From positions 1,481,477-1,545,476 of the forward strand of contig CP029803.1 of the NCBI GenBank assembly GCA_003226295.1: a stretch of 64,000 nucleotides of DNA, in the 5' to 3' direction. This stretch comes from Candidatus Moanibacter tarae (GTDB lineage: Bacteria; Verrucomicrobiota; Verrucomicrobiia; Opitutales; UBA2987). Made by a program: the position numbers and the translations under genes. Within the stretch, counting starts at the first letter, position 1; every line of letters begins with the position of its first letter. The notes beneath the pieces are model-generated. The model did not search any database and had not been told where the DNA came from. It saw nothing but the letters and a program-made list of their open reading frames with translations. Positions 11,169-21,145 of this stretch are shown piece after piece.

Positions 11169-12424
11169 TGGCAAAGTCGAATTTAGTAGAAGTAGTAGTG
11201 CCCCGACTCGGCTGGTCAATGGACGAAGGTACTTTTGTTGAATGGTTAAAAGAGGATGGTGGACAAGTTGAAGTAGGCGATATGTTGTTTGTTCTCGAAA
11301 GCGAAAAATCTGCTCAAGAGGTCGAATCATTTGACGAAGGAATTCTCCGAATCCCCCCTGATGCTCCGATTCCAGGAGACCCCGTAAAAGTTGGTCAATT
11401 ATTAGGTTACATTGTTCCCGAGGGAGAATCTCCTCCCTTTGAAAACCGTTCAGAATCCGGACGAATAGAAACCTCAAAGGAGAGATCAGTACTTAATTCG
11501 CCTCAAGATATTGAAGTTGTAACGCAACACCGAGAACCAAGATCCTCATCGGCACGCTCAAATCAAAACACCAAGATCAGCCCGCGCGCCCGCCGTTTAG
11601 CTCGTGATTTGGGTATTGATTGGACGGCAATTCGGGGTACTGGGAAGGATGGGCGAATACGCGAAGAAGATATTCGAGTGGCATCAAAAGGATCGAATAC
11701 ACCTCCTCTTACAAAGGAAAAAGAAAAGTCTTTCAGCCTGCCCGGTAGATACATTCCTGTAACTCCGACCAGATTAACAATTGCACAACAAATGTCGGCA
11801 GGGATTAACCAAGCAGCTCCCTGTACCTTATCGAGCAAAGTCGTAGCTTCCAAACTAGTAGCTTTACGTCACAAACTGAAGCTGAATACAGACGGTATTT
11901 TGCCGAGCTACACTGACATATTTATCAAGCTGATTGCTTCTGCACTTAAAGAGGACCCAATGATGGCCGGCCAGTGGCACGATAAAGAAATCTTCCTCCC
12001 TACCGAAATAAACATCGCTTTCGCCGTCGATACAGAATCTGGAGTATGTGCTCCTGTGATTCAGGGCGCTGACGTAAAGCCGTTGTCTACTATCGCTTAC
12101 GAGTCCAATGCGTTGATACATGCTGCATATCAGAGTCGGCTGAAAATCGAACAGATTCAGGGTGGTATTTTCACGGTGACCAATCTCGGCTCACATGGAA
12201 TCGATTCTTTTACTCCCATTATTAATTTGCCTCAGTCTGCAATCCTGGGAATTGGCCGTATTCAGCGAGAACCGATCGTCGCCTTAGATAAAATTGAAAT
12301 CCAGCATACTATGCAGTTGAGCCTAACTTTTGATCATCGCGTCATTGATGGGGCTCCCGCCGCACGCTTTCTGGCTAGAATCTATGAACTGATTGATGAT
12401 GTTGAGAACTTTCTCCATCCTTGA
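11168..12424 (+). CDS. dihydrolipoamide acyltransferase (E2) with a single lipoyl domain
   Basis: Lipoyl domain with the candidate lipoyl-lysine in LESEKSA, a peripheral subunit-binding region, and the catalytic DHRVIDGA motif near the C-terminus. Start overlaps the E1 stop (TAGTG). Confidence 0.9.
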   Translation: MAKSNLVEVVVPRLGWSMDEGTFVEWLKEDGGQVEVGDMLFVLESEKSAQEVESFDEGILRIPPDAPIPGDPVKVGQLLGYIVPEGESPPFENRSESGRIETSKERSVLNSPQDIEVVTQHREPRSSSARSNQNTKISPRARRLARDLGIDWTAIRGTGKDGRIREEDIRVASKGSNTPPLTKEKEKSFSLPGRYIPVTPTRLTIAQQMSAGINQAAPCTLSSKVVASKLVALRHKLKLNTDGILPSYTDIFIKLIASALKEDPMMAGQWHDKEIFLPTEINIAFAVDTESGVCAPVIQGADVKPLSTIAYESNALIHAAYQSRLKIEQIQGGIFTVTNLGSHGIDSFTPIINLPQSAILGIGRIQREPIVALDKIEIQHTMQLSLTFDHRVIDGAPAARFLARIYELIDDVENFLHP

Positions 12425-12792
12425 GCCCAAGATGAAATCTCACCGATTGTAAGGATCTACAAATCATTCAGAGAACCAAGAAAACCTAAATCTGTCCTAA
12501 ACATCGACCGACTGCAATATCCGCGGACATGAATAGGCAACCCACACAAACAGAAAGCCCAACAAGATCATGGAACACAGGAGCGAACCCACATGTTGAA
12601 TGACGCTGAGTGGTTTACAGTTTTGCTGCCATTCACATGTGCCCATTGGATAAAGCGGTTTCTAGGTTAACTTAAAATAGGAAATTGCAGTTGCGCGGAT
12701 CTTTAAATGCGATAATTAAAACCCATTAGACAGTAGGGAACCGATTCCTACCTTTCTAACCAAACTGGGGAACGTGTCATCACTGAAAACCT

Positions 12793-13332
12793 TTGGAGCA
12801 AACGATGTCCACTTACTTTTTTAATCGTCTATCATTAAGCATTGTCACCATAGTTTTTCTTTCATTAACAGCATTTGCGGAAGAGCATCCTTCAGAGCAC
12901 CCCGAACACCCGAAGCATTCCGGGAAACACACTGAAAAAGTTGAGCCCAAAATTTCCAGCTTTCCCCCAGGTTCCGCCACAGCGCGTAGTATAGTAGGAG
13001 ACATTGCAAGTGGGATAAAATCTCATATTAAAGCCGTGACAGAAGGGGGTGACGGCAAGTATAAATTAAATCATAAAGGCGCTATGTTGTCTCTCGAACT
13101 TGAGAAAGTACACGAGGACAAACTCGCTCAGCTGGACAACGGGTATTTTTTCGCCTGTACTGATTTCAAAGGAACCGACGGCAATACCTACGACATCGAT
13201 TTCTTTCTCAGCGGCTCAAGAGGAGACATGTGGGTAACGGACGCAACAGTGCATAAAATTAACGGCTCCCCACTCTATACTTGGCGCCAACATTCCAATG
13301 GGAAGTGGGTTAAGGATCCTGTTTCCAAATAG
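12793..13332 (+). CDS. hypothetical secreted protein with His-rich N-terminal segment
   Basis: Signal-peptide-like start, then an EEHPSEHPEHPKHSGKHTEK His/Glu-rich stretch. No recognisable catalytic motif. Confidence 0.45.
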   Translation: MEQTMSTYFFNRLSLSIVTIVFLSLTAFAEEHPSEHPEHPKHSGKHTEKVEPKISSFPPGSATARSIVGDIASGIKSHIKAVTEGGDGKYKLNHKGAMLSLELEKVHEDKLAQLDNGYFFACTDFKGTDGNTYDIDFFLSGSRGDMWVTDATVHKINGSPLYTWRQHSNGKWVKDPVSK

Positions 13333-13612
13333 ATAACTCCAACTTTGAAGGCCTGTTCTTAACTTAATGGGAACTTCTAAAACACCCGTGTCAGTTCGCT
13401 ATTGGGATTCAATTATCAAGGCAAGGATGTTTCACCACGTTGCTTCGAAGTGGTTTTTTCTTCTCTTTTTGCCTATACGCTTTCGATCTCTACTTCGGAG
13501 GCATCACATTTGCCGACAACCACCTTTAAGGACTCAGTACAGCATTCAAGTATTCTAACTGGACTTTGAATTCGTATATAGGGCGAAAATTCCACTGATT
13601 GAGAAGTCGGCT

Positions 13613-14410
13613 TTGCTATGGATCCCGGTAGCCACTTCAGACGCGTTTCAGGAAGTCGCACTGATCGATATTGAATCTCCCCTTTCGGGAAAGACAATCA
13701 CGGACCGAGACTTTGGTAATCGTTTACTCTACTTCAAGCTCGACAAGAAATACACTGGAAGCGAAATCGTCTTGCGCTACCAAGTTAAACGTCGAGAGAA
13801 ATCACCATATGTGTCCTCCGAAATAGAATTGGCTAATTATCTTTGTCCCGAACGGCTCACGCCGTTCCATTTAGAATTCAAACGCCTCGCGGAAAAAGAA
13901 ATCGACAGCAAGATAGGGCAACAAGCAAAGGCCCGTGATCTCTATGAGCACGTACTTAGGCGAATGAGGTACGACAAGAGCGGCATTGGTTGGGGTCGAG
14001 GAGACGCACTCTACGCTTGCGATGTGAAGACAGGAAATTGTACAGACTTCCATGCCTATTTTATATCTCTTTCGAGATCAGTGGGTATTCCAGCACGGTT
14101 CTCCATTGGGGCAACAATACCTACCGGAAAAGACGAAGGCCCTGTGGGAGGTTACCATTGTTGGGTAGAATTCTACGCTGACGGAAAATGGTTTCCCATC
14201 GACATCAGCGAAGTATGGAAAACCCCTTCCTTGACGAATTATTATTTCGGAAATCAGCCGGCCAATCGAATCGGATTTACCCGGGGACAAGATCTTATCG
14301 TGACACCGTCCCCTTCAAGCGGGCCAATAAATTTTCTTATCTATCCTATTCTTGAGGTCCAAGGTAGAGAACAAGTCCTGATTCCCAATCTATGGTTTAA
14401 GAGGATTTAA
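13613..14410 (+). CDS. transglutaminase-like cysteine peptidase domain protein
   Basis: GNCTDFHAYFISLSRSVGIPAR (Cys nucleophile), GYHCWVEFY (His) and a downstream Asp. This is the transglutaminase-core triad pattern. Confidence 0.7.
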   Translation: MLWIPVATSDAFQEVALIDIESPLSGKTITDRDFGNRLLYFKLDKKYTGSEIVLRYQVKRREKSPYVSSEIELANYLCPERLTPFHLEFKRLAEKEIDSKIGQQAKARDLYEHVLRRMRYDKSGIGWGRGDALYACDVKTGNCTDFHAYFISLSRSVGIPARFSIGATIPTGKDEGPVGGYHCWVEFYADGKWFPIDISEVWKTPSLTNYYFGNQPANRIGFTRGQDLIVTPSPSSGPINFLIYPILEVQGREQVLIPNLWFKRI

Positions 14411-14481
14411 AAAGGGGACGGGCCCTTAATACTAAAACAAGCCCGACGAAGAAACTCTTATCAAGGACACTATAAAATAAA

Positions 14482-17400
14482 TTACTGGGCATCAAAATCT
14501 TTCAGCTCTCTTCGTGAGAAAAGAAAGAAAGCACCAAACCTAACTGCACGACGGATATCATCTAAGATTAGGTAGCAAATCGGTACAAGTATGAGGGTGA
14601 TACCAGTGGCAAAAAGAACCCCAAACCCAAGGGAAGTAGCCATCGGAATCAGAAACTGGGCCTGAAGACTTGATTCCAAAAGAATTGGGACAAGCCCAAA
14701 AAAGGTTGTAAGCGAGGTCAAAATAATGGGCCGAAATCGCGCAACACCTCCTTCCCATACAGCTTCTCTGATTTCGCAGTCCTCTCGTCGAAGGCGATTA
14801 ATGTAGTCAACCAACACTAGGGAATCATTGACCACCACACCAGTTAAGGCAATAACACCTAAAAAAGAAAGAATACTGAGATTCTGAAATGTAATAAAGT
14901 GACCGAATATGGCTGCTGCTATCCCAAAAGGGATTACCGCGATGACAATGAGTGGCTGCATATAGCTTCTGAAAGGAATCGCCAATAGGATATAAATGAC
15001 CACCGAGACCATAACTACTCCCCTCTTGATTACAGGAAGGATTTCAGCCATCTCCTTGGCTTCTCCCGACTTCAAAGATACAATCTGGGGAAATTGATCT
15101 AGGATCTGCGCCAAAGGACCTTCATTCGAATAGAGTTCGTTGTTTATGGCACTAACATCGGCCACGTCTTTGTCAGCATCCGCTTGAATATTGATTACCC
15201 TCTGACCATCAATTCGAACGATAGAGGAATATCCATCCCCGACCTGGATATCCGCTACTTCAGAGATTGGGATTTCGGCACCTTCGGGAGATCTGATCCT
15301 CATCGACTCGAGATGGCCCAGTGAAATCCGCTCCTGCGCTGGGTAACGGACCATTATCCTAATGTCTTCTCGATTCCGTTGCACTCGCTGCACTTCCTCG
15401 CCATAAAAACCCTGGCGGATCTGCCGGGCCAGATCAACGGAACTTAATCCCAGGATACGAGCCTGATCTTTGAGCCTGATTTTGATCTCCTTTTTACTTT
15501 CTGTGAACGTATCTCGGATGTCGTAAAGGCCCTTATATTCGGCTAATTGCCTACGAACCTTGTTGGCAGCATTCCTAAGATCCTCAAAATCCGGGCCTGT
15601 GAGACGAATATCAACAGGTAACCCCGTGGGGCCGCCAGCATTGCCTCGAATCGTTAATTTTCTCGCCCCAGGAACGGCTCCGATCGCCTCGCGCCAACGT
15701 CTTGATATTTCGAACGCATTTGAATCCCTTACCTCACTTTTTGACAATTCCACAAACATCGAACCAATGTTGCTGGCAGAAAAGGTGGATCCCATAGATT
15801 CCACATTAGCTGCCATTGGGACATACCCTAGGAAAACCCCTTTGTTCTTTACCGGATCCGGCTTCCCAGACCTGATCTCTTCCTGGGAAATATTGTGTAA
15901 AGATTCCTCTATATGATTCAGAGCGCGTTTAGTTTCTGCGAGAGGAATTCCTTCGGCCATTTTCAATTCAAGCATAAAATAGTCGGAAGGAATATTGGGG
16001 AAGAAAACGAAGCGCACCCAACCTCCAAGGGTGAAACCTACTGATATAATCAATAGAGCAACGAAAATTGCTAAAGTTACATACCGATGCTCCATCGCTC
16101 GGTTTAGTATCTTGCGATACCGGGTGTTGATGAAATTTTCGAGACCATCTGAGAACCAGCGTTGTAATCTAAAAAGAGGATTGAATCTCCCCCGTCGAAC
16201 TCGTTCATCGAATCGGCACAAGGAAAGATGGTATGGAAGCACCAACTTGCTCTGGATCAGAGAAAATATCAGCGTAGGAATAACCACCAGAGGCACCGAG
16301 ACAAAAAACTTTCCAATGAGCCCTGGCAGCGCAAAAATCGGAATAAAAGCGGCAATCGTAGTGATAACTGCGAAAGTGACAGGAGTACTAACTGCGTGAG
16401 TTCCCCTAATAGCACTCTCCGCGCCTGGCCCGTTTCGTTGGTACTCAGTGAATACGCTTTCTCCCACTACGATAGCATCATCAACCACAATTCCAAGAAC
16501 GAGGACGAAGGCAAAAAGAGAAATCATATTAATAGTAAGACCGATTGCAGGAGCAATCATGAGAGTGCCCAAAAAGCTAACGGGTATCCCAATGGCTACA
16601 AAGACCGCGAGCGACGGGCGCAGAAAAATGGCGAGAGCAAGAATAACCAACACAAAGCCATAGAACCCATTTTTCATCAGCATATTCAAACGGTCCTGAA
16701 GATAAAATGAGAAATCACCCCAAGCAACCAACTCGACACCTTCGGGCAACCAAGTTCCCTTGGCGTCCTCAACGTAAGAGTAAATCTTATGAGCAATATC
16801 AAGTGGATCCTCACGGCCAACCTCTTCAATCTTAACGAGAGTCGCCGAATGCCCATTGAAACGGCTGAAGAGATCCTGATCTTCGAAAGCGTCACGAACA
16901 TCCGCCACATCATTTAAATATATCCGAGTTCCATCAGGATGCGTGAGGAGAACGATTTCCTCAAAATCGGGGCCGGTGTAAGCTTGTTCTTTGGTCCGCA
17001 ATTGAATTTCCCCGCCCGATGCCTTGATCGTACCACCAGGTAAATCTAGTGAACTGCGCCGGATTGCCTGTACGACCGCATCGAAGCTGATCCCGTACCT
17101 CCGCATCTGCTCCTCTGAAACCTCGATCGATATTTCGTAGTTTCTCGCGCCCTGGACAAAAGCCCGGGAGATCCCCGGAATTCTGACGACGTCATCCCGA
17201 ATTTTCTCTGCCAAGGCCTTGAGGTTCTTTTCATCCGCTTCCCCATAAACGGCAACCCATATGATATCACGATCAAAAAGGAGCTCTTCCACAATGGGTC
17301 GCTCCGTCTCTGCTGGGAAGGATGGAATAGCATCTACTCGAGCCCTGATCTGATCTTTAACAGATGTGACATCGTAGCCCTTATTTACGGTGACTGCCAC

Positions 17401-17664
17401 GGACCCATGGCCTTCGTAAGCAGTTGCCATTATCTCTTTTATTCCGTTAATCCCCTCAATAGCCTCTTCGATGCGAATAATAACCGCTTCTTCAATTTCC
17501 GAAGGTGACGCACCCGGGTAGGGAACTCGCACTACTACTGTGTCGAGGGAAAAGAAGGGAAACATCTCTCGCTTAACGGTGAGTACTGAATAGCCGCCAC
17601 CGAATACCAGTAGCAGCATTAACAGATTAGCCGCGACTCCGTTACGAGTGAACCAAGCAATCAT
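14482..17664 (-). CDS. RND efflux transporter permease (AcrB/CzcA/HAE family)
   Basis: 1060 aa with 12-TM RND topology and typical AcrB-like N-terminus (MIAWFTRNGVAANLLMLLLVFGG). Start overlaps the upstream MFP stop by 4 nt. Confidence 0.9.
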   Translation of the reverse strand: MIAWFTRNGVAANLLMLLLVFGGGYSVLTVKREMFPFFSLDTVVVRVPYPGASPSEIEEAVIIRIEEAIEGINGIKEIMATAYEGHGSVAVTVNKGYDVTSVKDQIRARVDAIPSFPAETERPIVEELLFDRDIIWVAVYGEADEKNLKALAEKIRDDVVRIPGISRAFVQGARNYEISIEVSEEQMRRYGISFDAVVQAIRRSSLDLPGGTIKASGGEIQLRTKEQAYTGPDFEEIVLLTHPDGTRIYLNDVADVRDAFEDQDLFSRFNGHSATLVKIEEVGREDPLDIAHKIYSYVEDAKGTWLPEGVELVAWGDFSFYLQDRLNMLMKNGFYGFVLVILALAIFLRPSLAVFVAIGIPVSFLGTLMIAPAIGLTINMISLFAFVLVLGIVVDDAIVVGESVFTEYQRNGPGAESAIRGTHAVSTPVTFAVITTIAAFIPIFALPGLIGKFFVSVPLVVIPTLIFSLIQSKLVLPYHLSLCRFDERVRRGRFNPLFRLQRWFSDGLENFINTRYRKILNRAMEHRYVTLAIFVALLIISVGFTLGGWVRFVFFPNIPSDYFMLELKMAEGIPLAETKRALNHIEESLHNISQEEIRSGKPDPVKNKGVFLGYVPMAANVESMGSTFSASNIGSMFVELSKSEVRDSNAFEISRRWREAIGAVPGARKLTIRGNAGGPTGLPVDIRLTGPDFEDLRNAANKVRRQLAEYKGLYDIRDTFTESKKEIKIRLKDQARILGLSSVDLARQIRQGFYGEEVQRVQRNREDIRIMVRYPAQERISLGHLESMRIRSPEGAEIPISEVADIQVGDGYSSIVRIDGQRVINIQADADKDVADVSAINNELYSNEGPLAQILDQFPQIVSLKSGEAKEMAEILPVIKRGVVMVSVVIYILLAIPFRSYMQPLIVIAVIPFGIAAAIFGHFITFQNLSILSFLGVIALTGVVVNDSLVLVDYINRLRREDCEIREAVWEGGVARFRPIILTSLTTFFGLVPILLESSLQAQFLIPMATSLGFGVLFATGITLILVPICYLILDDIRRAVRFGAFFLFSRRELKDFDAQ

Positions 17665-18878
17665 GGGAGGTCTTTAGCTTCCCTTGGGAGGGCATCTCCA
17701 GAAATATTTTCTACGATGACTTCCATACCCTCGATTGCGAATACTAAAGGAGTTATACAGACGAGATCACCCTCGTTCAACCCTTCAGCGACAACCACTT
17801 TATCGATCCCCTTGCGCACAACTCTTACAGGACGTATCTGCAGGCGGGCCTGGGCATCTATCACGTAGACAAGCTGATTGTGTAATGAACCTCGAGGAAT
17901 GATCGCTGCATCCTTGATAAGATGTCCTAAGATACGGGCTCGGACAAATTGTCCTGGTTTCAGGGGTGGTTCGTCGGAAGCTCCGGCCCGAGAAAACGGC
18001 TTCAAAACCTTAGCTACAACGACGGTTTGCCGCGTTGAAACCTCAATGGCACCCTCAACTCGATCAACAAATCCAAGCCGAGAAATACGTCTTCCAGCAT
18101 AGTCGAATTCAAGGATGACTTCCGGTTTATCTGAGGCGTTAATGTCATCCTGATATTGCTCCGGTAATTCCACAAATGCCGCCTCCTCTGCCGAAATCGG
18201 TAGCCGAACTTCGGCCACATCGACCGAATAGATACGCGCTAAAGGGGTCACTCGCGCGGCTACCACCTGACCGATGTCCACAGACTTTTCCCTTACGCGT
18301 CCAGTATAGGGAGCGCGAATTGTTGTTAAGCGAAGATTGCGTTCCGCCACTTCAAGAGCCGCCTCAGCCGCTTCCATCTCCATCTTCGCCCTAAAGACCT
18401 GAGGCTTTCTCAGGGCTAAATCACCCCCTTCTCCTAACCCAAGATCGTTCCAATCATCACGAGCCTGCTCCGCGAAGGCACTTTCCTGCTTAAAAACGAG
18501 TCTGGCTTGGGCGAGTCTGCTTCTAGCTTCTGCACGCAGAGCCCGATATTCAGTAGAATCAATCTCAAGGAGCACTTCGTTCTCGTGAAAGAATTTTCCA
18601 GGAAAGAAGTTAGGAGAAACCGCAACAATAACACCCGAAACCTCGCTGGTTAGGCTCGTTTCCGTCCGAGGCTGAACAGTGCCGTGAGTCACCACTTCCA
18701 ACCGATGAGATTCTAGCTGTACTCTGACAACCTCAACCCTCGGAAGGACCGGAAGATCTTCTTTCTCCTCAGGCCTAGACCGCAACTTGTCCATATAGAT
18801 GGCAAACAAAACTGCGACACCTAGGATAACAAAAGACAGAATGATCGACCTTAAAACACCTCTAGTTCGCGAATTCAT
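17661..18878 (-). CDS. RND efflux periplasmic adaptor (membrane fusion protein, HlyD family)
   Basis: N-terminal TM anchor, coiled-coil hairpin (ALRAEARSRLAQARL...), and beta-barrel/lipoyl-like segments. ATGA overlap with the permease. Confidence 0.85.
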   Translation of the reverse strand: MNSRTRGVLRSIILSFVILGVAVLFAIYMDKLRSRPEEKEDLPVLPRVEVVRVQLESHRLEVVTHGTVQPRTETSLTSEVSGVIVAVSPNFFPGKFFHENEVLLEIDSTEYRALRAEARSRLAQARLVFKQESAFAEQARDDWNDLGLGEGGDLALRKPQVFRAKMEMEAAEAALEVAERNLRLTTIRAPYTGRVREKSVDIGQVVAARVTPLARIYSVDVAEVRLPISAEEAAFVELPEQYQDDINASDKPEVILEFDYAGRRISRLGFVDRVEGAIEVSTRQTVVVAKVLKPFSRAGASDEPPLKPGQFVRARILGHLIKDAAIIPRGSLHNQLVYVIDAQARLQIRPVRVVRKGIDKVVVAEGLNEGDLVCITPLVFAIEGMEVIVENISGDALPREAKDLP

Positions 18879-18894
18879 TTCTCAATTTAGTAAC

Positions 18895-18922
18895 CCCTAT
18901 AAATTACTAGGATCCTATAGGG
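18895..18922. promoter_or_regulatory. perfect palindrome TAGGATCCTA nested in a 7-bp inverted repeat (CCCTATA...TATAGGG) just upstream of the RND operon start codon; candidate operator
   Basis: Read directly from the sequence as CCCTATAAATTACTAGGATCCTATAGGG. It lies 17-44 nt upstream of the MFP start at 18878. Confidence 0.3.
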
Positions 18923-19248
18923 CATACTCAATTTAACTGACCCAATTAAGTCAGCAGGCCAGGTCGAGATTCTTCGACAAGTTAATTCTTTAACCAATAT
19001 AAAATTATCTTTTTAATTTCCCCATTCGGTCAAGAATCTTTATTTTGGTGCACTGCTCAAACTCACGAATAAGTTTGTTAGGGTTTCGAATGCGGTCCGG
19101 GAGACAGAGTTTAAGTCCTATTCCTAACAGAATTCTTGATACTTATCCTTTGCCATGATTCCATGAGGTATGAAAGTTTGTGCACCAATGGAATCGGGGC
19201 TTCCAGACTACTCAATTAGATTAACAAGGCCACCATTTGAAAACCTGA

Positions 19249-20823
19249 GTGATATGGACCTCACCAAAAATATCGATGTTCACAAAATATAGCCCGAAGA
19301 ATCATTTCGAAATCATTGGGAACCAGCCCCAGTATTTCCTCGATGACAGCATAATCGAATGGGTTAAGAATATCAAACGAACCCATCACGTGGCGGAAAA
19401 ATATAACGGAAATCCCGTTATTCGACGTGACCAGCCTTGGGAGGCTTGGCTTCATTTCAACACAACAGTGACTCTATTGCGTGACGATGATGGCCGTTTC
19501 CGTTGTTGGTATACCGACGTCACAAATCTCAGTTTTGAAGGAGGTGGTGCCGATGCTCTATACAAGCCGAAATTGAGTTACGCCGAGTCGACTGATGGCA
19601 TCCAATGGGAAAAGCCTAACCTCGGCATGGTTAAGATCGACGGGAGAGACACCAATCGTATCGACTGGGAAGCAGCTCCGGGACAACCAGTAGCACTGAC
19701 AGTAATCCGCGACCCCATTGATCCTGATCCGAAAAGGCGCTATAAGATGGCCTACCTTCCGGAAGCCTACAACGTCAACGTACCAAAGAAAAGTGTCATG
19801 GCGCATTCCCATTCGCTGGGACTGTGTATTGCTTACTCATCAGATGGGTTCCACTGGGAACATGAAGAGCGAAACCCGGTACTTGATATTTGGGGGAGTG
19901 ACGTGCTGACCATGACCTACGATATGGAATACGAGCGCTACGTCATTTATGGTCGTTGCCACTATATGGCAGAATCCGGTAACCCTTCTTCTGACCAATG
20001 GTTTACGCCTTACTATCCTGCTCAACCAAACGGATGGGTTTCTAAGAGAGCCATCTACCGTATAGAGAGCACTGACCTGATCCATTGGTCAGAACCAAAA
20101 CGGGTGCTAACGCCAGGTACGCTCCACAACCTTGACGATCAGTTCTACTCGTTGGCCTACTTTCGGCTCGGGCGTTACCATTGCGCCCTGATGCCCGTGT
20201 TTCATGCGGTCGACAATACTAAGGACACTGAATTAGTATACAGCCACGACGGAATAGAATGGCACCATTATCCGCGAGAACCTTGGAGGATTCAGCGGGG
20301 AGGCCAGGGGACCTGGGACGAGTTTCAAATCGATACCGTTATCCCACCTTTGCGATTGGGAGATCATCATTTGGTATTTTATGGCGGCGCTGATTTTCAT
20401 CACGATTGGGCAATGGTAGGAAAAGCCCAGGGCCTCGACACGCCGGAGGTAAATTATTCTCTGGAACAGTTGAACGAGAGTTTGGGGCTGGCAACCTTCC
20501 GCGCCGACGGATTCGTGTCATTGGACAGTGGTCTGCGCGAGGGAATCATCACCACCACACCTTTCTTCTCAACGGGAGAACAACTAATTATAAATGCCCG
20601 CTGTCACAGCAAAGGCTATATCGAAGTAGAAATCACCGATATCATGGATGAGGTTTGGAAAGGTTTTTCGCGCTCCGACTGCAAGCGATTCACCGGTGAC
20701 GAAACATCTCACGTGGTGGCTTGGAAAGGGCAGTCGGGAATTAATATGGTTCCCGGATACACAAGGGTTCGATTTTATATGAAGAATGCAGAGTTATATT
20801 CATTTCGAGTGGATAAGCTGTGA
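19249..20823 (+). CDS. hypothetical protein, possible beta-propeller glycoside-hydrolase-like fold
   Basis: Trp/Asp-rich sequence with NGNPVIRRDQPWEAW and recurring W-x-D/E blade-like segments resembling GH43/GH130-type propellers. Inference only. The alternative ATG at 19276 may be the real start. Confidence 0.4.
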   Translation: MIWTSPKISMFTKYSPKNHFEIIGNQPQYFLDDSIIEWVKNIKRTHHVAEKYNGNPVIRRDQPWEAWLHFNTTVTLLRDDDGRFRCWYTDVTNLSFEGGGADALYKPKLSYAESTDGIQWEKPNLGMVKIDGRDTNRIDWEAAPGQPVALTVIRDPIDPDPKRRYKMAYLPEAYNVNVPKKSVMAHSHSLGLCIAYSSDGFHWEHEERNPVLDIWGSDVLTMTYDMEYERYVIYGRCHYMAESGNPSSDQWFTPYYPAQPNGWVSKRAIYRIESTDLIHWSEPKRVLTPGTLHNLDDQFYSLAYFRLGRYHCALMPVFHAVDNTKDTELVYSHDGIEWHHYPREPWRIQRGGQGTWDEFQIDTVIPPLRLGDHHLVFYGGADFHHDWAMVGKAQGLDTPEVNYSLEQLNESLGLATFRADGFVSLDSGLREGIITTTPFFSTGEQLIINARCHSKGYIEVEITDIMDEVWKGFSRSDCKRFTGDETSHVVAWKGQSGINMVPGYTRVRFYMKNAELYSFRVDKL

Positions 20824-21145
20824 TCAGGGAAGCCTGACAGCAATTATCTGAAACGTAACGATATAACTTGAATAATTGTTTTCCCACGGTGTTCTCCAAC
20901 GCTATTCTTTCTATCCTTCGCGCTATAAACTCCAGCTAGAGGAAAACTTGGTGGGAGTTTTCTATTATCGGCGAACAATTTCTGTTCTCGGACATTTGTC
21001 TCTATTTACTTTGTGGATCCTGCAGACAAAATTGTACCTTCAAAAATTCCCCTTGGCAACACACTCTCCTATCATACCGTTCATTCCTAAACGAACCTGG
21101 GACTTCTTAACAGTAAATTCTCCCTCATGAAGAACAACTCAAAGA

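Noticed and set aside
14411-14427. Hairpin AAGGG-GACGGG-CCCTT between the convergent transglutaminase-like and RND genes as an intrinsic terminator
   Set aside because: Only a 5-bp stem and no U-tract on either strand. Too weak to call.
15560-17333. Several 70-160 aa plus-strand ORFs in the ORF track (15560, 15995, 16228, 16448, 17046 and others)
   Set aside because: They lie entirely antisense or internal to the 1060-aa RND permease gene, are low-complexity and Arg/Ser-rich, and have no motifs. They are shadow ORFs.
20876-21130. 84-aa ORF in the spacer upstream of the glycosyltransferase
   Set aside because: Low-complexity translation and no RBS context. It is more likely the promoter/5'-UTR of the GT gene.
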